The notes under the pieces are model-generated. The model had not been told where the DNA came from. It saw only the letters and a program-made list of their open reading frames with translations, and searched no databases. From Candidatus Nanopelagicales bacterium (GTDB lineage: Bacteria > Actinomycetota > Actinomycetes > S36-B12): DNA of 64,000 nucleotides. The stretch covers positions 3,947 to 67,946 of the forward strand of contig SHUQ01000002.1 in assembly GCA_009694585.1 (NCBI GenBank). The letters run 5' to 3'. Below are positions 25,805 to 36,051 of this stretch, one piece after another; position 1 is the first letter of the stretch; each line of letters starts with the position of its first letter. Both the position numbers and the translations under genes were made by a program.

Positions 25805-27017
25805 CGCGGATTTAGCGTCACTGCCAGCAAATATTTGGTTGGCTTCGTATCCGAAATCGGGTAACACCTGGTTTCGATTCTTCTGGAAGGCGATTGAGGC
25901 CGCGCAAGACCCAGACCTTAAGCCGCATGTATCTCCACAGCCCTGCCAGATGGAGTACTTAACCGGATGGGGTATTGATGCTCGGCGCCTTACCTGTGAC
26001 GAGTTGGATCTTCTACGATCGCGTCTGGAGTTGGTCACTGGTGATCGGGCCGGGCGCCCTACCTTGCGCAAGACCCACGAGAAGTTTCGTAGCGCACCTG
26101 ATGGCTCGGAGTTGTTTCCGGCAGCCTCCTCACGCGCCGCATTGGTGATCATCAGAGACCCCCGCGATTTAGTTTGCTCCGCCGCCCGGCACTTCAATAT
26201 GAGCTTGGATGCCGCGGTCGACCTGCTGTGCCGTCGCGATCCGCAAACGCCCGGGACGCCGTCCGTCCTGATGAGTCGGCAACCGCAAGGGTCGTGGTCG
26301 GAGCACCTTGATAGTTGGCGGCGCCTCCCCACTTATCCGGTTGCGGTCTACCGCTATGAGGACTTCTTGGCAGAACCCTATGTAACCTTCGGTGCCGCGT
26401 TGGAGTTTGCCGGCCTTGAAGTTTCAGAAAGCGAGCTTACGCACGCCATTGAAAGCACCCGTTTCGAAAAACTACAATCACGCGAACGTGAATCCGGGTT
26501 CACCGAACGTGCACCCAGCTCCAACGTGCCATTTTTTAGAAAAGGGAAGGCCGGTGGCTGGCGTGAAGAGTTAAGTGGTAGTCAGATTTCGAGGATTGAA
26601 CGCAATTGCGGTGCCTTGATGGAAGAGTTTGGGTATGCAATTGAAGGGCGAACGGTATCTGTGTCGCGAGCGTCAGAGCCAAAGGTGATCACATCTGGGG
26701 AGAAGTTGTTCACCGGTGCACTTCCGCCGAAAACGGATGTGGCGTTCGGCCTTTCAACGAAATTAGTTAAAGACCCGCGAGTGATCACTTCGCAAGTAGG
26801 TGATGACCTAGTTTTGGTAACTGGAGAATACGAATTGATCGGCTTGGATGAGATGGGTGCTTTTATCTGGGACTTTCTTGACGAGCCTATGACATTTCAG
26901 GTGCTGGTCGACGGGCTCTGTGCACGATTTGGGATTGACGCCGTCACCTGTATCGATGACACCTCGCCGATGCTGCAACTGTTATTAAACGGCGGGGCAC
27001 TCACCTCGCGGAACTAA
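25797..27017 (+). CDS. PAPS-dependent sulfotransferase fused to a C-terminal PqqD/RRE domain
   Basis: WLASYPKSGNTW, KTH, IRDPRD..S, RYED, FFRKGKAGGW; tail VGDDLVLV...LDEMGAFIWDFLDEPMT...L.ARFGID...L..GAL. Confidence 0.9.
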   Translation: MTNADLASLPANIWLASYPKSGNTWFRFFWKAIEAAQDPDLKPHVSPQPCQMEYLTGWGIDARRLTCDELDLLRSRLELVTGDRAGRPTLRKTHEKFRSAPDGSELFPAASSRAALVIIRDPRDLVCSAARHFNMSLDAAVDLLCRRDPQTPGTPSVLMSRQPQGSWSEHLDSWRRLPTYPVAVYRYEDFLAEPYVTFGAALEFAGLEVSESELTHAIESTRFEKLQSRERESGFTERAPSSNVPFFRKGKAGGWREELSGSQISRIERNCGALMEEFGYAIEGRTVSVSRASEPKVITSGEKLFTGALPPKTDVAFGLSTKLVKDPRVITSQVGDDLVLVTGEYELIGLDEMGAFIWDFLDEPMTFQVLVDGLCARFGIDAVTCIDDTSPMLQLLLNGGALTSRN

Positions 27018-27048
27018 CGGTTTTTCGTGGTGGGCCAAGGACTGTGGG

Positions 27049-29316
27049 CTACCAGAAAATCGGGGTTGGGTTCAGTTCGGCCTCGGTTAGCGCAGTTTCC
27101 CGCCACCCCATCTTTACCGGTACGTCATAAAGTCGGCCAGGTGCGAACCTCGGCCAGAAATGGCGTATTCCGGGCACCACTACTTTTACAACTGGCATCC
27201 CGATATCGGGCTTCGTCATGTTTGCCACCGACATGGTTAGGTCATTGTCAGCAAGCAGTTTCACTACTCGCTCCACATTCGCTTTCCCATCTTTAGTCCA
27301 GTCATGCGCGTGATCAGCGGGGGTTGTTAACGGTTGAGTTGGATCTGGCAACACGTATGGGTGGGTAGCCATTGTTGGGGTGTACCACCAATTAACTTCT
27401 GGCTTGGAAACATCCAGCTCGGTTGGGGCCCCCTGGGCTTCCATGGCACCGATCATGCCGAGCATCTGATTCATCTCGGTGAGTGATCGCAGCAACGCGC
27501 CGCGGGGATCGCGGTGCGCACCGAAACCGAGAAGGATGCGGGGGAGCCCGGTGCGGGCTCGCGAGGCGGCAACAAATGCCGGGATACCTAGGTCGCTGGT
27601 GACATCAAGGGCCCAGATCTCGCGATCAAGGACTTCGCTGTAATGGGTCCTAAGCCGATTGAAGTACGAATCCTCATAGGTGCTCGCGTAGGCATCGATA
27701 TCTACCCCGGGCCGGCTGATGCCGTTATACCACCAGGTTGCAACCGCATCGCGTTCTACCAATTCAAAGAAGCCTTGCAAGATGGCATCCTCGATCGAAG
27801 TGCCAGCGGCATTTCCGTTGGAATCCGAGTTGCAGCCATTGCGCGGATACTCACCCACATAGTTGTAGTAGGAATACGAGGTCGGCAACCAGACACGTCG
27901 CTGCTCAGTAAGCGACCACAGGGGCGACCAGGGCATTTCAACATCAGGATCGAAGCGTTTTGGAATGACATGCTTGCCATTGCGTGCGGCGTTCCACTCC
28001 TCTCGAATGTCGTACTGGTGGTCACTGAATAATGCACACTTTCGCGGATCGATAGCTAGATCACCGAGTGCTGTCATTGACGACACCATGCTGGGCTCAT
28101 CGCCGGCGTAGGTTGCGGCGTAGCGTTCAATAGCTTCGGCCAAGGCGCCGGCGCGCGCCTGCTCAGGGGTGGTGCCCTTTCCCCCGGCATTTTGCCGGAA
28201 GCCACAAACTTTCGCCCCCTTCTTAACCGTGGCGAGATTAACCCCCGACTCAACAACGTGCGTGACGTCATTGTCGAGGTTGGTGCGTTGTAGGTGTTCG
28301 ACCACGCCGGTCACCCGACTGACCTGGTGACCGTAGGTGTCCAGGGTTTGTTGTGGCGTCAGGCGCCGGTAGCTTCCGTCGTCCCTGGCGTCAAGTGCTC
28401 CTGTTTCGAGAACAATTTCAACTGGCACGTTTTCTATGGTGAGTGGTTCACCGCAGGTCGCACATTGCGGTCGCCGCACCACATGATGGGTGCTGCGGTC
28501 TCCATTTAGGTGGTCAATTACGGTCATTTGTGAGATTGAAGGATCTTGATGAGCATTTGCGTTTGGCCGGCCGACGAAAGTCCGCAACAGTTCGAGAGAG
28601 ATTTCGCCTCCTGCATGTGCGAGCGTGGTGGGAGTCCAGCCCTTAGCAATTGGGCCCATGCGCTCGCCCTCACCAAGTAAGCGTTTCTCGACCTGCCGAT
28701 TGAACTGCAGGCGCACCGCAAGGCAATTCCAGCAGGGGCCGGGTGCCCCAAGCCAGGGGCCAATAGTTGGACGGACACCGCAAATGTTTGCAAGCAGCAC
28801 CGGGGTGCCTAGTTCGCATGCCTCCTGGGCCACAGCCTCAATATCAGGATTCAGGTAATCATCAGCAATCACTACGAGTGCGGACGCGGCGGCGAGGTCT
28901 TCGGTTACGCCCAACTTGTGCGCGGAAATTGACGCCCGAATTTCAGCCGTTGGTACGTCGCCAACTCCAACAACCGCAACCATCGTTTGTGGCAAATCGG
29001 CGGTAATGTGGTCCCGCCACCACATCCTATATACGTCAGCTGGTCCGGTGACCTCGCTCGAATCGACTACGAATCCGTGATCCATCAAGATCTCAATGGC
29101 CGCAGGAACCTCTTGCTCGGTGGCGGTGCCCGCTGCGGCCATTTTGGCCGTAATTTCAGCCACGGTGGCTCGTCCATCAATATGGGGTGCTAGGGCAGTG
29201 AAAAGTTCACCGGTGAGCACCTGCTCGTCACCGTCGGTGATCAGGTAGATCTCCTCAGGTGGCACGATGATGGTCCGGCTGTGGGGCTGCCAAAGTGGGA
29301 TGAGGTCCGTATTCAT
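27049..29316 (-). CDS. Fused TOMM cyclodehydratase (PatD/TruD-like: RRE, E1-like, YcaO)
   Basis: GPCWNCL and RRPQCATCG, GKGTT, EAIERY, SNGNAAG, ELVERDA, LTEMNQ, RFAPGRLYDVPV, C-terminal NPTPIFW; upstream start at 29376 also possible. Confidence 0.95.
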   Translation of the reverse strand: MNTDLIPLWQPHSRTIIVPPEEIYLITDGDEQVLTGELFTALAPHIDGRATVAEITAKMAAAGTATEQEVPAAIEILMDHGFVVDSSEVTGPADVYRMWWRDHITADLPQTMVAVVGVGDVPTAEIRASISAHKLGVTEDLAAASALVVIADDYLNPDIEAVAQEACELGTPVLLANICGVRPTIGPWLGAPGPCWNCLAVRLQFNRQVEKRLLGEGERMGPIAKGWTPTTLAHAGGEISLELLRTFVGRPNANAHQDPSISQMTVIDHLNGDRSTHHVVRRPQCATCGEPLTIENVPVEIVLETGALDARDDGSYRRLTPQQTLDTYGHQVSRVTGVVEHLQRTNLDNDVTHVVESGVNLATVKKGAKVCGFRQNAGGKGTTPEQARAGALAEAIERYAATYAGDEPSMVSSMTALGDLAIDPRKCALFSDHQYDIREEWNAARNGKHVIPKRFDPDVEMPWSPLWSLTEQRRVWLPTSYSYYNYVGEYPRNGCNSDSNGNAAGTSIEDAILQGFFELVERDAVATWWYNGISRPGVDIDAYASTYEDSYFNRLRTHYSEVLDREIWALDVTSDLGIPAFVAASRARTGLPRILLGFGAHRDPRGALLRSLTEMNQMLGMIGAMEAQGAPTELDVSKPEVNWWYTPTMATHPYVLPDPTQPLTTPADHAHDWTKDGKANVERVVKLLADNDLTMSVANMTKPDIGMPVVKVVVPGIRHFWPRFAPGRLYDVPVKMGWRETALTEAELNPTPIFW

Positions 29317-29385
29317 TGGGAAAGCGTACGCGTAAATTGGGGTCAATTGTCGGCTTTTCGTTCCATAGACTGCCATAATCCGGAA
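29317..29385. promoter_or_regulatory. Divergent, probably leaderless promoters for ycaO and the MFS gene
   Basis: Minus-strand TACGCT (29323-29328) 6 nt before ATG 29316; plus-strand CATAAT (29374-29379) 6 nt before ATG 29386. Confidence 0.5.
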
Positions 29386-31038
29386 ATGAACACGCTAATG
29401 GATCTTGCTCAACTTTCGAGAATTCATCCCAACAATCCCGATGTAGTTGCAGCGAAGGCAAGGGGTAAATCCCCCGAGTCCCATTCTGATTCCAAATCCA
29501 GTAAAGTCCGCATGGGGCTGGCCTCGCACATCGCGCTCATCGCGCTAGCCACCGGCCAATTCTTGGTGGGCCTTGACCTCAGCGTCATGTCGGTTGCCCT
29601 GCCGAGTATTCAAAAGGAATTCGGCGTTGGTATGGCTCAGATGGAATGGGCGATGATGGCTTACATGGTGGCCGGCGCTGCCCTCGCGGTGCCAGCGGGT
29701 GCCCTTGGTGACCGCACCGGCCGGCGTCGGCTGTATTTGATCGGTACCTCAATTTTCGTTGTTGGTTCGGCTATCAGCGCACTTTCCCCTGACATGGGTG
29801 TACTGATCGTTGGCCGGGCAATTCAAGGTGTTGGGTCGGGATTCATGGGCACCTTGGCCTTGGCCATGTTGACATCTGCGGTTGCGCACGATCAGATAGC
29901 GAAACTAATTGGACTCTGGACCGCTGTCACCTCAGGTGCTTCTGCGTTTGGACCAATTATCGGCGGCGCAATGGTGGAGTTCCTGGGCTGGCGTTGGATG
30001 TTCGGAATCAACGTTTTTTTGATGGCAGCTGTTATTCCGCTGGTAATTCGAGAAGTTCCAAAAGATATTCCTGATGGATCAGAAAAACGTCGAGTTGACT
30101 GGCTGGGATCATCGCTCCTTACGGTCGCGATGATTTTGGTTGCCGGTGGCTTGAGCATGCTAGAAACCAGTAAGTATTACGAACCCATTGTTTATGTACC
30201 GGTTGCTGCTGGATTCGTTGTTCTTTTGATAATGGTAATGCAGCAACGCCATAGCCTGATTAAGTTAACTAACTGGGCGTCGATCAAGGTGGCACCCATC
30301 CCGGCAACATTGACAATCTCGGTTCTACTTTCGATGGTATTGGCCGGGGCCATGATGCAGCAGATGCTCTTGGTCCAAAACGTGCTCGGGTTCACCCCGT
30401 TGTTGGCCGGCATCTCCTCCTTCGGCGCCTCATTAATGCTGGTCGTGTGCTCGCCCATCTCACCAAGAATCATGGGCCGCATCGGCTTAGGCCCGACAAC
30501 CTGCATCGGCTTGGGCACGGTCGCGATTGGGCTCTTTGGCCTGCACCTGACCACCGACACGACCGGGTTGTTGCAGATTGCCTTCTGGTTTGGGGTCATG
30601 GGCGTGGGTATTGGTGTGGGAATGCCGGCGGTATCCGCAGGCGCCATGATGTCGATACCGCGGGACCAAATGGGCACCATCTCTGGTTTCATGGGGCTGA
30701 TCGGTTCAATTTCAGCGGTCTTGGGTATTTCCGTGGTCGGTGCCATTTCGGCGGTGCGAGTGACTTCGGTTTGGCTGGTTGAAGGCGCTCAGATTTCCGG
30801 ATATGAGTCGCTCACCGATGAGGTAGTTTCCGGTGCCATCCCCGAAATCCTGGCAACCAATGGCCAGGATGCGGCTACGGCGGCCGGGTTGTCCTACACC
30901 GTTGGGGTAACCACCGCGTTGATGATTGCGGCAGTTGGGGTGGCGATCGCGGCAATCGTCGCCTTATTCCTCTTGGGATCGCGGGGCAAGGCCACCAAGG
31001 CCGCCGAGCACCCGGTGGAACCAGCTGGGACGCAGTAG
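29386..31038 (+). CDS. MFS transporter, DHA2/EmrB-like exporter
   Basis: LDLSVMSVALPSI, GALGDRTGRRR (motif A), GRAIQGVG, GPIIGG, WRWMFGINV; start could be 29512. Confidence 0.92.
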   Translation: MNTLMDLAQLSRIHPNNPDVVAAKARGKSPESHSDSKSSKVRMGLASHIALIALATGQFLVGLDLSVMSVALPSIQKEFGVGMAQMEWAMMAYMVAGAALAVPAGALGDRTGRRRLYLIGTSIFVVGSAISALSPDMGVLIVGRAIQGVGSGFMGTLALAMLTSAVAHDQIAKLIGLWTAVTSGASAFGPIIGGAMVEFLGWRWMFGINVFLMAAVIPLVIREVPKDIPDGSEKRRVDWLGSSLLTVAMILVAGGLSMLETSKYYEPIVYVPVAAGFVVLLIMVMQQRHSLIKLTNWASIKVAPIPATLTISVLLSMVLAGAMMQQMLLVQNVLGFTPLLAGISSFGASLMLVVCSPISPRIMGRIGLGPTTCIGLGTVAIGLFGLHLTTDTTGLLQIAFWFGVMGVGIGVGMPAVSAGAMMSIPRDQMGTISGFMGLIGSISAVLGISVVGAISAVRVTSVWLVEGAQISGYESLTDEVVSGAIPEILATNGQDAATAAGLSYTVGVTTALMIAAVGVAIAAIVALFLLGSRGKATKAAEHPVEPAGTQ

Positions 31039-31083
31039 CAACCTGGAGATACCGGAGTTTTCGGGCCCGGGGGGGGACCCGCT

Positions 31084-31113
31084 TTGACGCCTAGGCCAAG
31101 CTATGGGTAATCT
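31084..31113 (+). promoter_or_regulatory. Putative str operon promoter
   Basis: TTGACG-N18-TAATCT. Confidence 0.7.
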
Positions 31114-31334
31114 ACCGACCTGTGCCTGATCCGTCAGGTGCATCCTGTGGTGCGCGGCTTCCCCCGAAGATGCGCACGGGCGCGAAAGCGCCGGGGATCA
31201 ACCTGCGATTTGGTTGTGGTGGCTGCCTGTGGGCGCCGCGACACACCCGACCGCGTGGGCCGAAGATCTGGCAGGGAAATTGCACCAACCGCGCAGTTTT
31301 GACCGAAGCGAAAACGATCTAGGAAGGTAGGCGA

Positions 31335-31709
31335 GTGCCCACGATCCAGCAGTTGGTCCGCAAGGGCCGACAGGACAAGGTCTCCAAGAGCAAGGCCCCA
31401 GCCCTTAAGGGCAGCCCGCAGCGGCGTGGGGTCTGTACTCGCGTTTACACAACCACCCCGAAGAAGCCGAACTCAGCGCTGCGCAAGGTGGCCCGGGTAC
31501 GCCTGACCTCAGGTGTCGAAATCACCGCTTACATCCCAGGAGTTGGTCACAACCTGCAGGAGCACTCAATTGTCCTCGTGCGTGGCGGCCGCGTCCGCGA
31601 TCTGCCCGGTGTCCGGTACAAGGTCATCCGCGGTGCACTCGATACTCAAGGTGTTAAGAACCGCAAGCAGGCTCGCTCCCGCTACGGTGCGAAGAAGGAG
31701 AAGGCCTAA
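31335..31709 (+). CDS. rpsL: 30S ribosomal protein S12
   Basis: [24 protein letters not shown]. Confidence 0.99.
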   Translation: MPTIQQLVRKGRQDKVSKSKAPALKGSPQRRGVCTRVYTTTPKKPNSALRKVARVRLTSGVEITAYIPGVGHNLQEHSIVLVRGGRVRDLPGVRYKVIRGALDTQGVKNRKQARSRYGAKKEKA

Positions 31710-32179
31710 TGCCTCGCAAGGGTCCAGCTGCCAAGCGGCCGATCGTTAACGACCCAGTATTTAGTGCCCCGATCGTTACCCAGTTGATCAACAAGGTGCT
31801 GCTAGATGGCAAGCGTTCCACCGCTGAACGCATTGTTTATGGGGCCCTGGAAGGCTGCCGCGACAAGACCGGTACCGATCCAGTCCAGACTTTGAAGCGC
31901 GCGCTCGACAACATCAAACCCACCTTGGAAGTACGTTCCCGCCGCGTTGGTGGAGCCACTTATCAGGTGCCGGTGGAGGTCAAGCCCAATCGCAGCATCA
32001 CTTTGGCACTGCGCTGGCTGATCGGCTACTCCCGCCAGCGTAGAGAAAAGACCATGACCGAGCGCTTGATGAACGAAATCCTTGATGCTTCAAACGGTCT
32101 TGGCGCCAGTGTGAAAAAGCGTGAAGATACCCACAAGATGGCTGAAGCCAATAAGGCTTTTGCCCATTACCGCTGGTAA
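31709..32179 (+). CDS. rpsG: 30S ribosomal protein S7
   Basis: [26 protein letters not shown]. Confidence 0.99.
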   Translation: MPRKGPAAKRPIVNDPVFSAPIVTQLINKVLLDGKRSTAERIVYGALEGCRDKTGTDPVQTLKRALDNIKPTLEVRSRRVGGATYQVPVEVKPNRSITLALRWLIGYSRQRREKTMTERLMNEILDASNGLGASVKKREDTHKMAEANKAFAHYRW

Positions 32180-32219
32180 AGAACTTCCAACCCGGCAAAC
32201 GAGAGCAACGGAGAGCAAA

Positions 32220-34331
32220 GTGTCGACCCAGACCGCACTCGATCTGGCCAAGGTCCGCAATATCGGGATCATGGCCCATATCGACGCGGGCAAAACGACG
32301 ACAACCGAGCGCATCTTGTTCTACACGGGCATCAACTACAAGATCGGTGAAGTCCACGAAGGCGCAGCCACCATGGACTGGATGGAGCAGGAGCAAGAGC
32401 GCGGTATCACAATCACCTCGGCCGCGACGACCTGCAACTGGAAAGACCACACGATTAATATCATCGACACCCCGGGGCACGTTGACTTCACTGTCGAGGT
32501 AGAGCGTTCACTTCGCGTTCTCGACGGCGCAGTTACGGTGTTTGACGGGGTCGCCGGTGTTGAGCCGCAGTCCGAGACCGTGTGGCGCCAAGCCGACAAG
32601 TACAGCGTGCCCCGTATCTGTTTTGTAAACAAGCTCGATCGCACCGGGGCTGACTTCTACATGTGCGTCGACATGATCGTCAGCCGGCTCGGCGCGACCC
32701 CGTTGGTTCTCCAGCTCCCGATTGGTTCGGAGTCGAATTTCCTCGGGGTTGTTGATTTGATCACGATGCGGGCCCTCACTTGGCGCGGCGAGACCCAAAA
32801 GGGTGATGACTACGCCCTAGAGGAAATTCCGGCTAATCTCGTTGAAAAAGCGGCCGAGTATCGCGAGAAGCTCCTTGAGACTTTGTCCGAGGCCGACGAT
32901 GCCATCATGGAGAAGTTCCTCGAAGGCGAGAGTTTCACTGTCGAAGAGTTGCAGGCTGCTATCCGTCGCGCGACTTTGGCCTACAAACTCACCCCGGTTC
33001 TTACCGGCTCGGCATTTAAGAACAAGGGTGTGCAGCCCATTCTCGATGCCGTGATTGCCTACCTACCCTGCCCCCTTGATGTCACCGCAATTACTGGCAC
33101 CAAGCCCGGTAACAGCGAGGTCATCATTGAGCGCCAGCCCAATGACAAGGAGCCCTTCTCGGCCCTGGCTTTCAAGATCATGACCGATCCCCACCTCGGC
33201 AAGCTCACCTACCTGCGGGTTTATTCGGGCCGCCTTGATACCGGCACCGCGGTGCTGAACAGTGTCAAAAACCGCAAGGAGCGCATCGGCAAGATCTACC
33301 GGATGCACGCAAATAAGCGCGAAGAGATCGATTCGGTAGGCGCAGGCGACATCGTTGCAGTAATGGGCCTTAAGGACACCACAACTGGTGAAACCCTGTG
33401 TGATCCGGCCAACCCGGTAGTGCTTGAGTCGATGACTTTCCCGGCACCGGTTATCTCGGTTGCCATCGAACCCAAGACTAAGAGTGACCAAGACAAACTG
33501 GGCGTTGCGATCCAGCGCCTCGCAGAAGAGGACCCGACTTTCCACGTCCGTACCGATGAGGAGACCGGCCAAACCATCATCGGTGGGATGGGCGAGCTTC
33601 ACTTAGAGGTGCTGGTCGACCGGATGCGTCGTGAGTTCAGCGTCGAGGCAAATGTCGGCAAGCCACAGGTCGCCTACCGCGAGACCATCACCAAATCCGT
33701 GCAGAAAGTCGATTACACCCACAAGAAGCAGACCGGTGGTTCAGGCCAGTTTGCACGCGTCATTATCGACATCGCGCCGAACGCCGGCGCCGAAGGTGCC
33801 AATGAAGAGGGCTACACCTTCGAGAATAAGGTCACCGGTGGGCGCATTCCTCGCGAGTACATTCCCTCGGTTGATGCCGGTTGCCAAGAGGCCATGGATC
33901 ATGGCGTGCTCGCCGGCTACCCGATGGTTGACCTGAAAGTGACACTCACCGACGGCGCCTACCACGACGTCGACTCTTCTGAACTCGCATTTAAGATCGC
34001 CGGCTCAATGGCGTTCAAGGACGCGGCTCGCAAGGCGGGCCCGGTCCTGCTCGAGCCGATGATGTCCGTCGAAGTCACCACCCCGGACGATTACATGGGT
34101 GATGTCATCGGCGATCTGAACTCCCGCCGCGGACAAATCCAGTCCATGGAGGAGCGCTCAGGGTCCCGTGTCGTAGCGGCACTGGTTCCGCTGTCCGAAA
34201 TGTTCGGCTACGTAGGAGACCTACGCAGTCGTACACAGGGCCGGGCGAGTTACAGCATGCAGTTCGACTCCTACGCACAGGTTCCCGCAAATGTGTCGCT
34301 GGAGATTATCGCTAAGGCTCGCGGCGAATAG
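32220..34331 (+). CDS. fusA: Elongation factor G
   Basis: [28 protein letters not shown]; GTG start after GGAG. Confidence 0.99.
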   Translation: MSTQTALDLAKVRNIGIMAHIDAGKTTTTERILFYTGINYKIGEVHEGAATMDWMEQEQERGITITSAATTCNWKDHTINIIDTPGHVDFTVEVERSLRVLDGAVTVFDGVAGVEPQSETVWRQADKYSVPRICFVNKLDRTGADFYMCVDMIVSRLGATPLVLQLPIGSESNFLGVVDLITMRALTWRGETQKGDDYALEEIPANLVEKAAEYREKLLETLSEADDAIMEKFLEGESFTVEELQAAIRRATLAYKLTPVLTGSAFKNKGVQPILDAVIAYLPCPLDVTAITGTKPGNSEVIIERQPNDKEPFSALAFKIMTDPHLGKLTYLRVYSGRLDTGTAVLNSVKNRKERIGKIYRMHANKREEIDSVGAGDIVAVMGLKDTTTGETLCDPANPVVLESMTFPAPVISVAIEPKTKSDQDKLGVAIQRLAEEDPTFHVRTDEETGQTIIGGMGELHLEVLVDRMRREFSVEANVGKPQVAYRETITKSVQKVDYTHKKQTGGSGQFARVIIDIAPNAGAEGANEEGYTFENKVTGGRIPREYIPSVDAGCQEAMDHGVLAGYPMVDLKVTLTDGAYHDVDSSELAFKIAGSMAFKDAARKAGPVLLEPMMSVEVTTPDDYMGDVIGDLNSRRGQIQSMEERSGSRVVAALVPLSEMFGYVGDLRSRTQGRASYSMQFDSYAQVPANVSLEIIAKARGE

Positions 34332-34417
34332 TCGCGGATCACTGAAAAACAAATAAACAAGAACACACCACCGATCCGCGACAACGCCGGACGGCATTAC
34401 GAAAAGGGAGAACTCAA

Positions 34418-35614
34418 ATGGCGAAGGCCAAGTTTGAGCGCACCAAGCCGCACGTCAACATCGGCACCATCGGTCACATTGACCATGGCAAGACGACGCT
34501 GACCGCTGCGATCACCAAGGTGCTGCATGACAAGTACCCAGACGTGAACCCGTTCACGCCATTCGACATGATCGACAAGGCGCCAGAAGAGCGCCAGCGT
34601 GGTATCACGATCTCGATCGCCCACGTCGAATACCAGACCGAAGCTCGCCACTATGCACATGTGGACTGCCCAGGTCACGCTGACTACATCAAAAACATGA
34701 TCACCGGTGCGGCCCAGATGGACGGCGCGATCCTCGTGGTCGCTGCTACCGATGGCCCGATGCCCCAGACCAAGGAGCACGTCCTCCTGGCCCGCCAAGT
34801 CGGCGTTCCCTCGCTGGTTGTCGCCCTGAACAAGTGCGACATGGTTGATGACGAGGAGCTGCTCGAGCTCGTCGAGATGGAGGTCCGCGAACTGCTGTCG
34901 ATCTACGAGTTCCCGGGCGATGATATCCCCGTTGTTCGCGTAGCCGCCTTCCCAGCGCTGCAGGGTGACGCCAAGTGGGGCGAGTCGATTCTTGCTCTCA
35001 TGGACGCGGTGGATGCCTACATCCCAACGCCCGAGCGTGAGATTGATAAGCCGTTCCTCATGCCGGTCGAGGACGTCTTCACTATCACCGGTCGTGGCAC
35101 GGTTGTCACCGGTCGTATTGAGCGTGGTCAGGTCAAGATCAACGAGGAAATCGAAATCGTTGGTATTCGCCCCGGCCCGGCCCAAAAGACCACCGTCACC
35201 GGCGTTGAGATGTTCCGCAAGCTGCTCGACGAAGGTCAAGCTGGCGAGAACGTCGGCCTGCTACTTCGCGGTACCAAGCGCGAGGATGTCGAGCGCGGCC
35301 AGGTTTGCTGCAAGCCCGGTTCGATCACGCCGCATACCGACTTCGACGCACAGGTTTACATCCTGTCGAAGGATGAAGGCGGCCGCCACACGCCGTTCTT
35401 CAATAACTACCGCCCGCAGTTCTACTTCCGCACCACCGATGTCACCGGTGTGGTTTACCTGCCGGATGGCAAGGACATGGTTATGCCGGGCGACAACACC
35501 GACATGCGCGTTGAACTGATTCAGTCCATCGCTATGGAAGAAGGCCTTCGGTTCGCCATCCGTGAGGGTGGACGCACAGTCGGCGCCGGTCGCGTTATCA
35601 AGATTCTGAAGTAG
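34418..35614 (+). CDS. tuf: Elongation factor Tu
   Basis: [21 protein letters not shown]. Confidence 0.99.
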   Translation: MAKAKFERTKPHVNIGTIGHIDHGKTTLTAAITKVLHDKYPDVNPFTPFDMIDKAPEERQRGITISIAHVEYQTEARHYAHVDCPGHADYIKNMITGAAQMDGAILVVAATDGPMPQTKEHVLLARQVGVPSLVVALNKCDMVDDEELLELVEMEVRELLSIYEFPGDDIPVVRVAAFPALQGDAKWGESILALMDAVDAYIPTPEREIDKPFLMPVEDVFTITGRGTVVTGRIERGQVKINEEIEIVGIRPGPAQKTTVTGVEMFRKLLDEGQAGENVGLLLRGTKREDVERGQVCCKPGSITPHTDFDAQVYILSKDEGGRHTPFFNNYRPQFYFRTTDVTGVVYLPDGKDMVMPGDNTDMRVELIQSIAMEEGLRFAIREGGRTVGAGRVIKILK

Positions 35615-35620
35615 TTGGGA

Positions 35621-35644
35621 GGGGGTGGCAGTAATGCCACCCCC
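35621..35644 (+). terminator. 10-bp hairpin after tuf, without a U tract
   Basis: GGGGGTGGCA-GTAA-TGCCACCCCC. Confidence 0.55.
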
Positions 35645-35729
35645 ACTCAGTAAGCACTGCCTGCAACACCAGCAACAACCGCATGAACCTGAAGCAGTCG
35701 GCAAACGAGAAGTAAGGACACCAGCCACC

Positions 35730-36038
35730 ATGGCGGGACAAAAGATCCGCATTCGGCTTAAGGCCTACGACCATGAGGTCATTGATTCTTCGGCGCGCAA
35801 AATCGTCGAGACAGTGATCAGAACGGGCGCGAAAGTTGCCGGCCCGGTGCCACTGCCAACGGAGAAGAACGTGTACTGCGTTATCCGTTCACCGCATAAG
35901 TACAAGGACTCACGCGAGCACTTTGAAATGCGCACGCACAAGCGCCTCATTGACATTCTTGACCCCACGCCGAAGACGGTTGATTCGCTTATGCGTCTTG
36001 ACCTCCCAGCTGGTGTCGACATCGAGATCAAGCTGTAA
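35730..36038 (+). CDS. rpsJ: 30S ribosomal protein S10
   Basis: [24 protein letters not shown]. Confidence 0.99.
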   Translation: MAGQKIRIRLKAYDHEVIDSSARKIVETVIRTGAKVAGPVPLPTEKNVYCVIRSPHKYKDSREHFEMRTHKRLIDILDPTPKTVDSLMRLDLPAGVDIEIKL

Positions 36039-36051
36039 GGACGCGAAGACC

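Noticed and set aside
29386-29511. MFS N-terminal extension MDLAQLS resembling the cyanobactin leader motif LAELS
   Set aside because: Only a 5-residue resemblance, with no EE, protease site or core; the start codon is also uncertain.
17329-31334. Mobile element or integrative island boundaries
   Set aside because: No integrase, transposase, tRNA target or flanking direct repeats seen; horizontal origin is inferred only from gene content.
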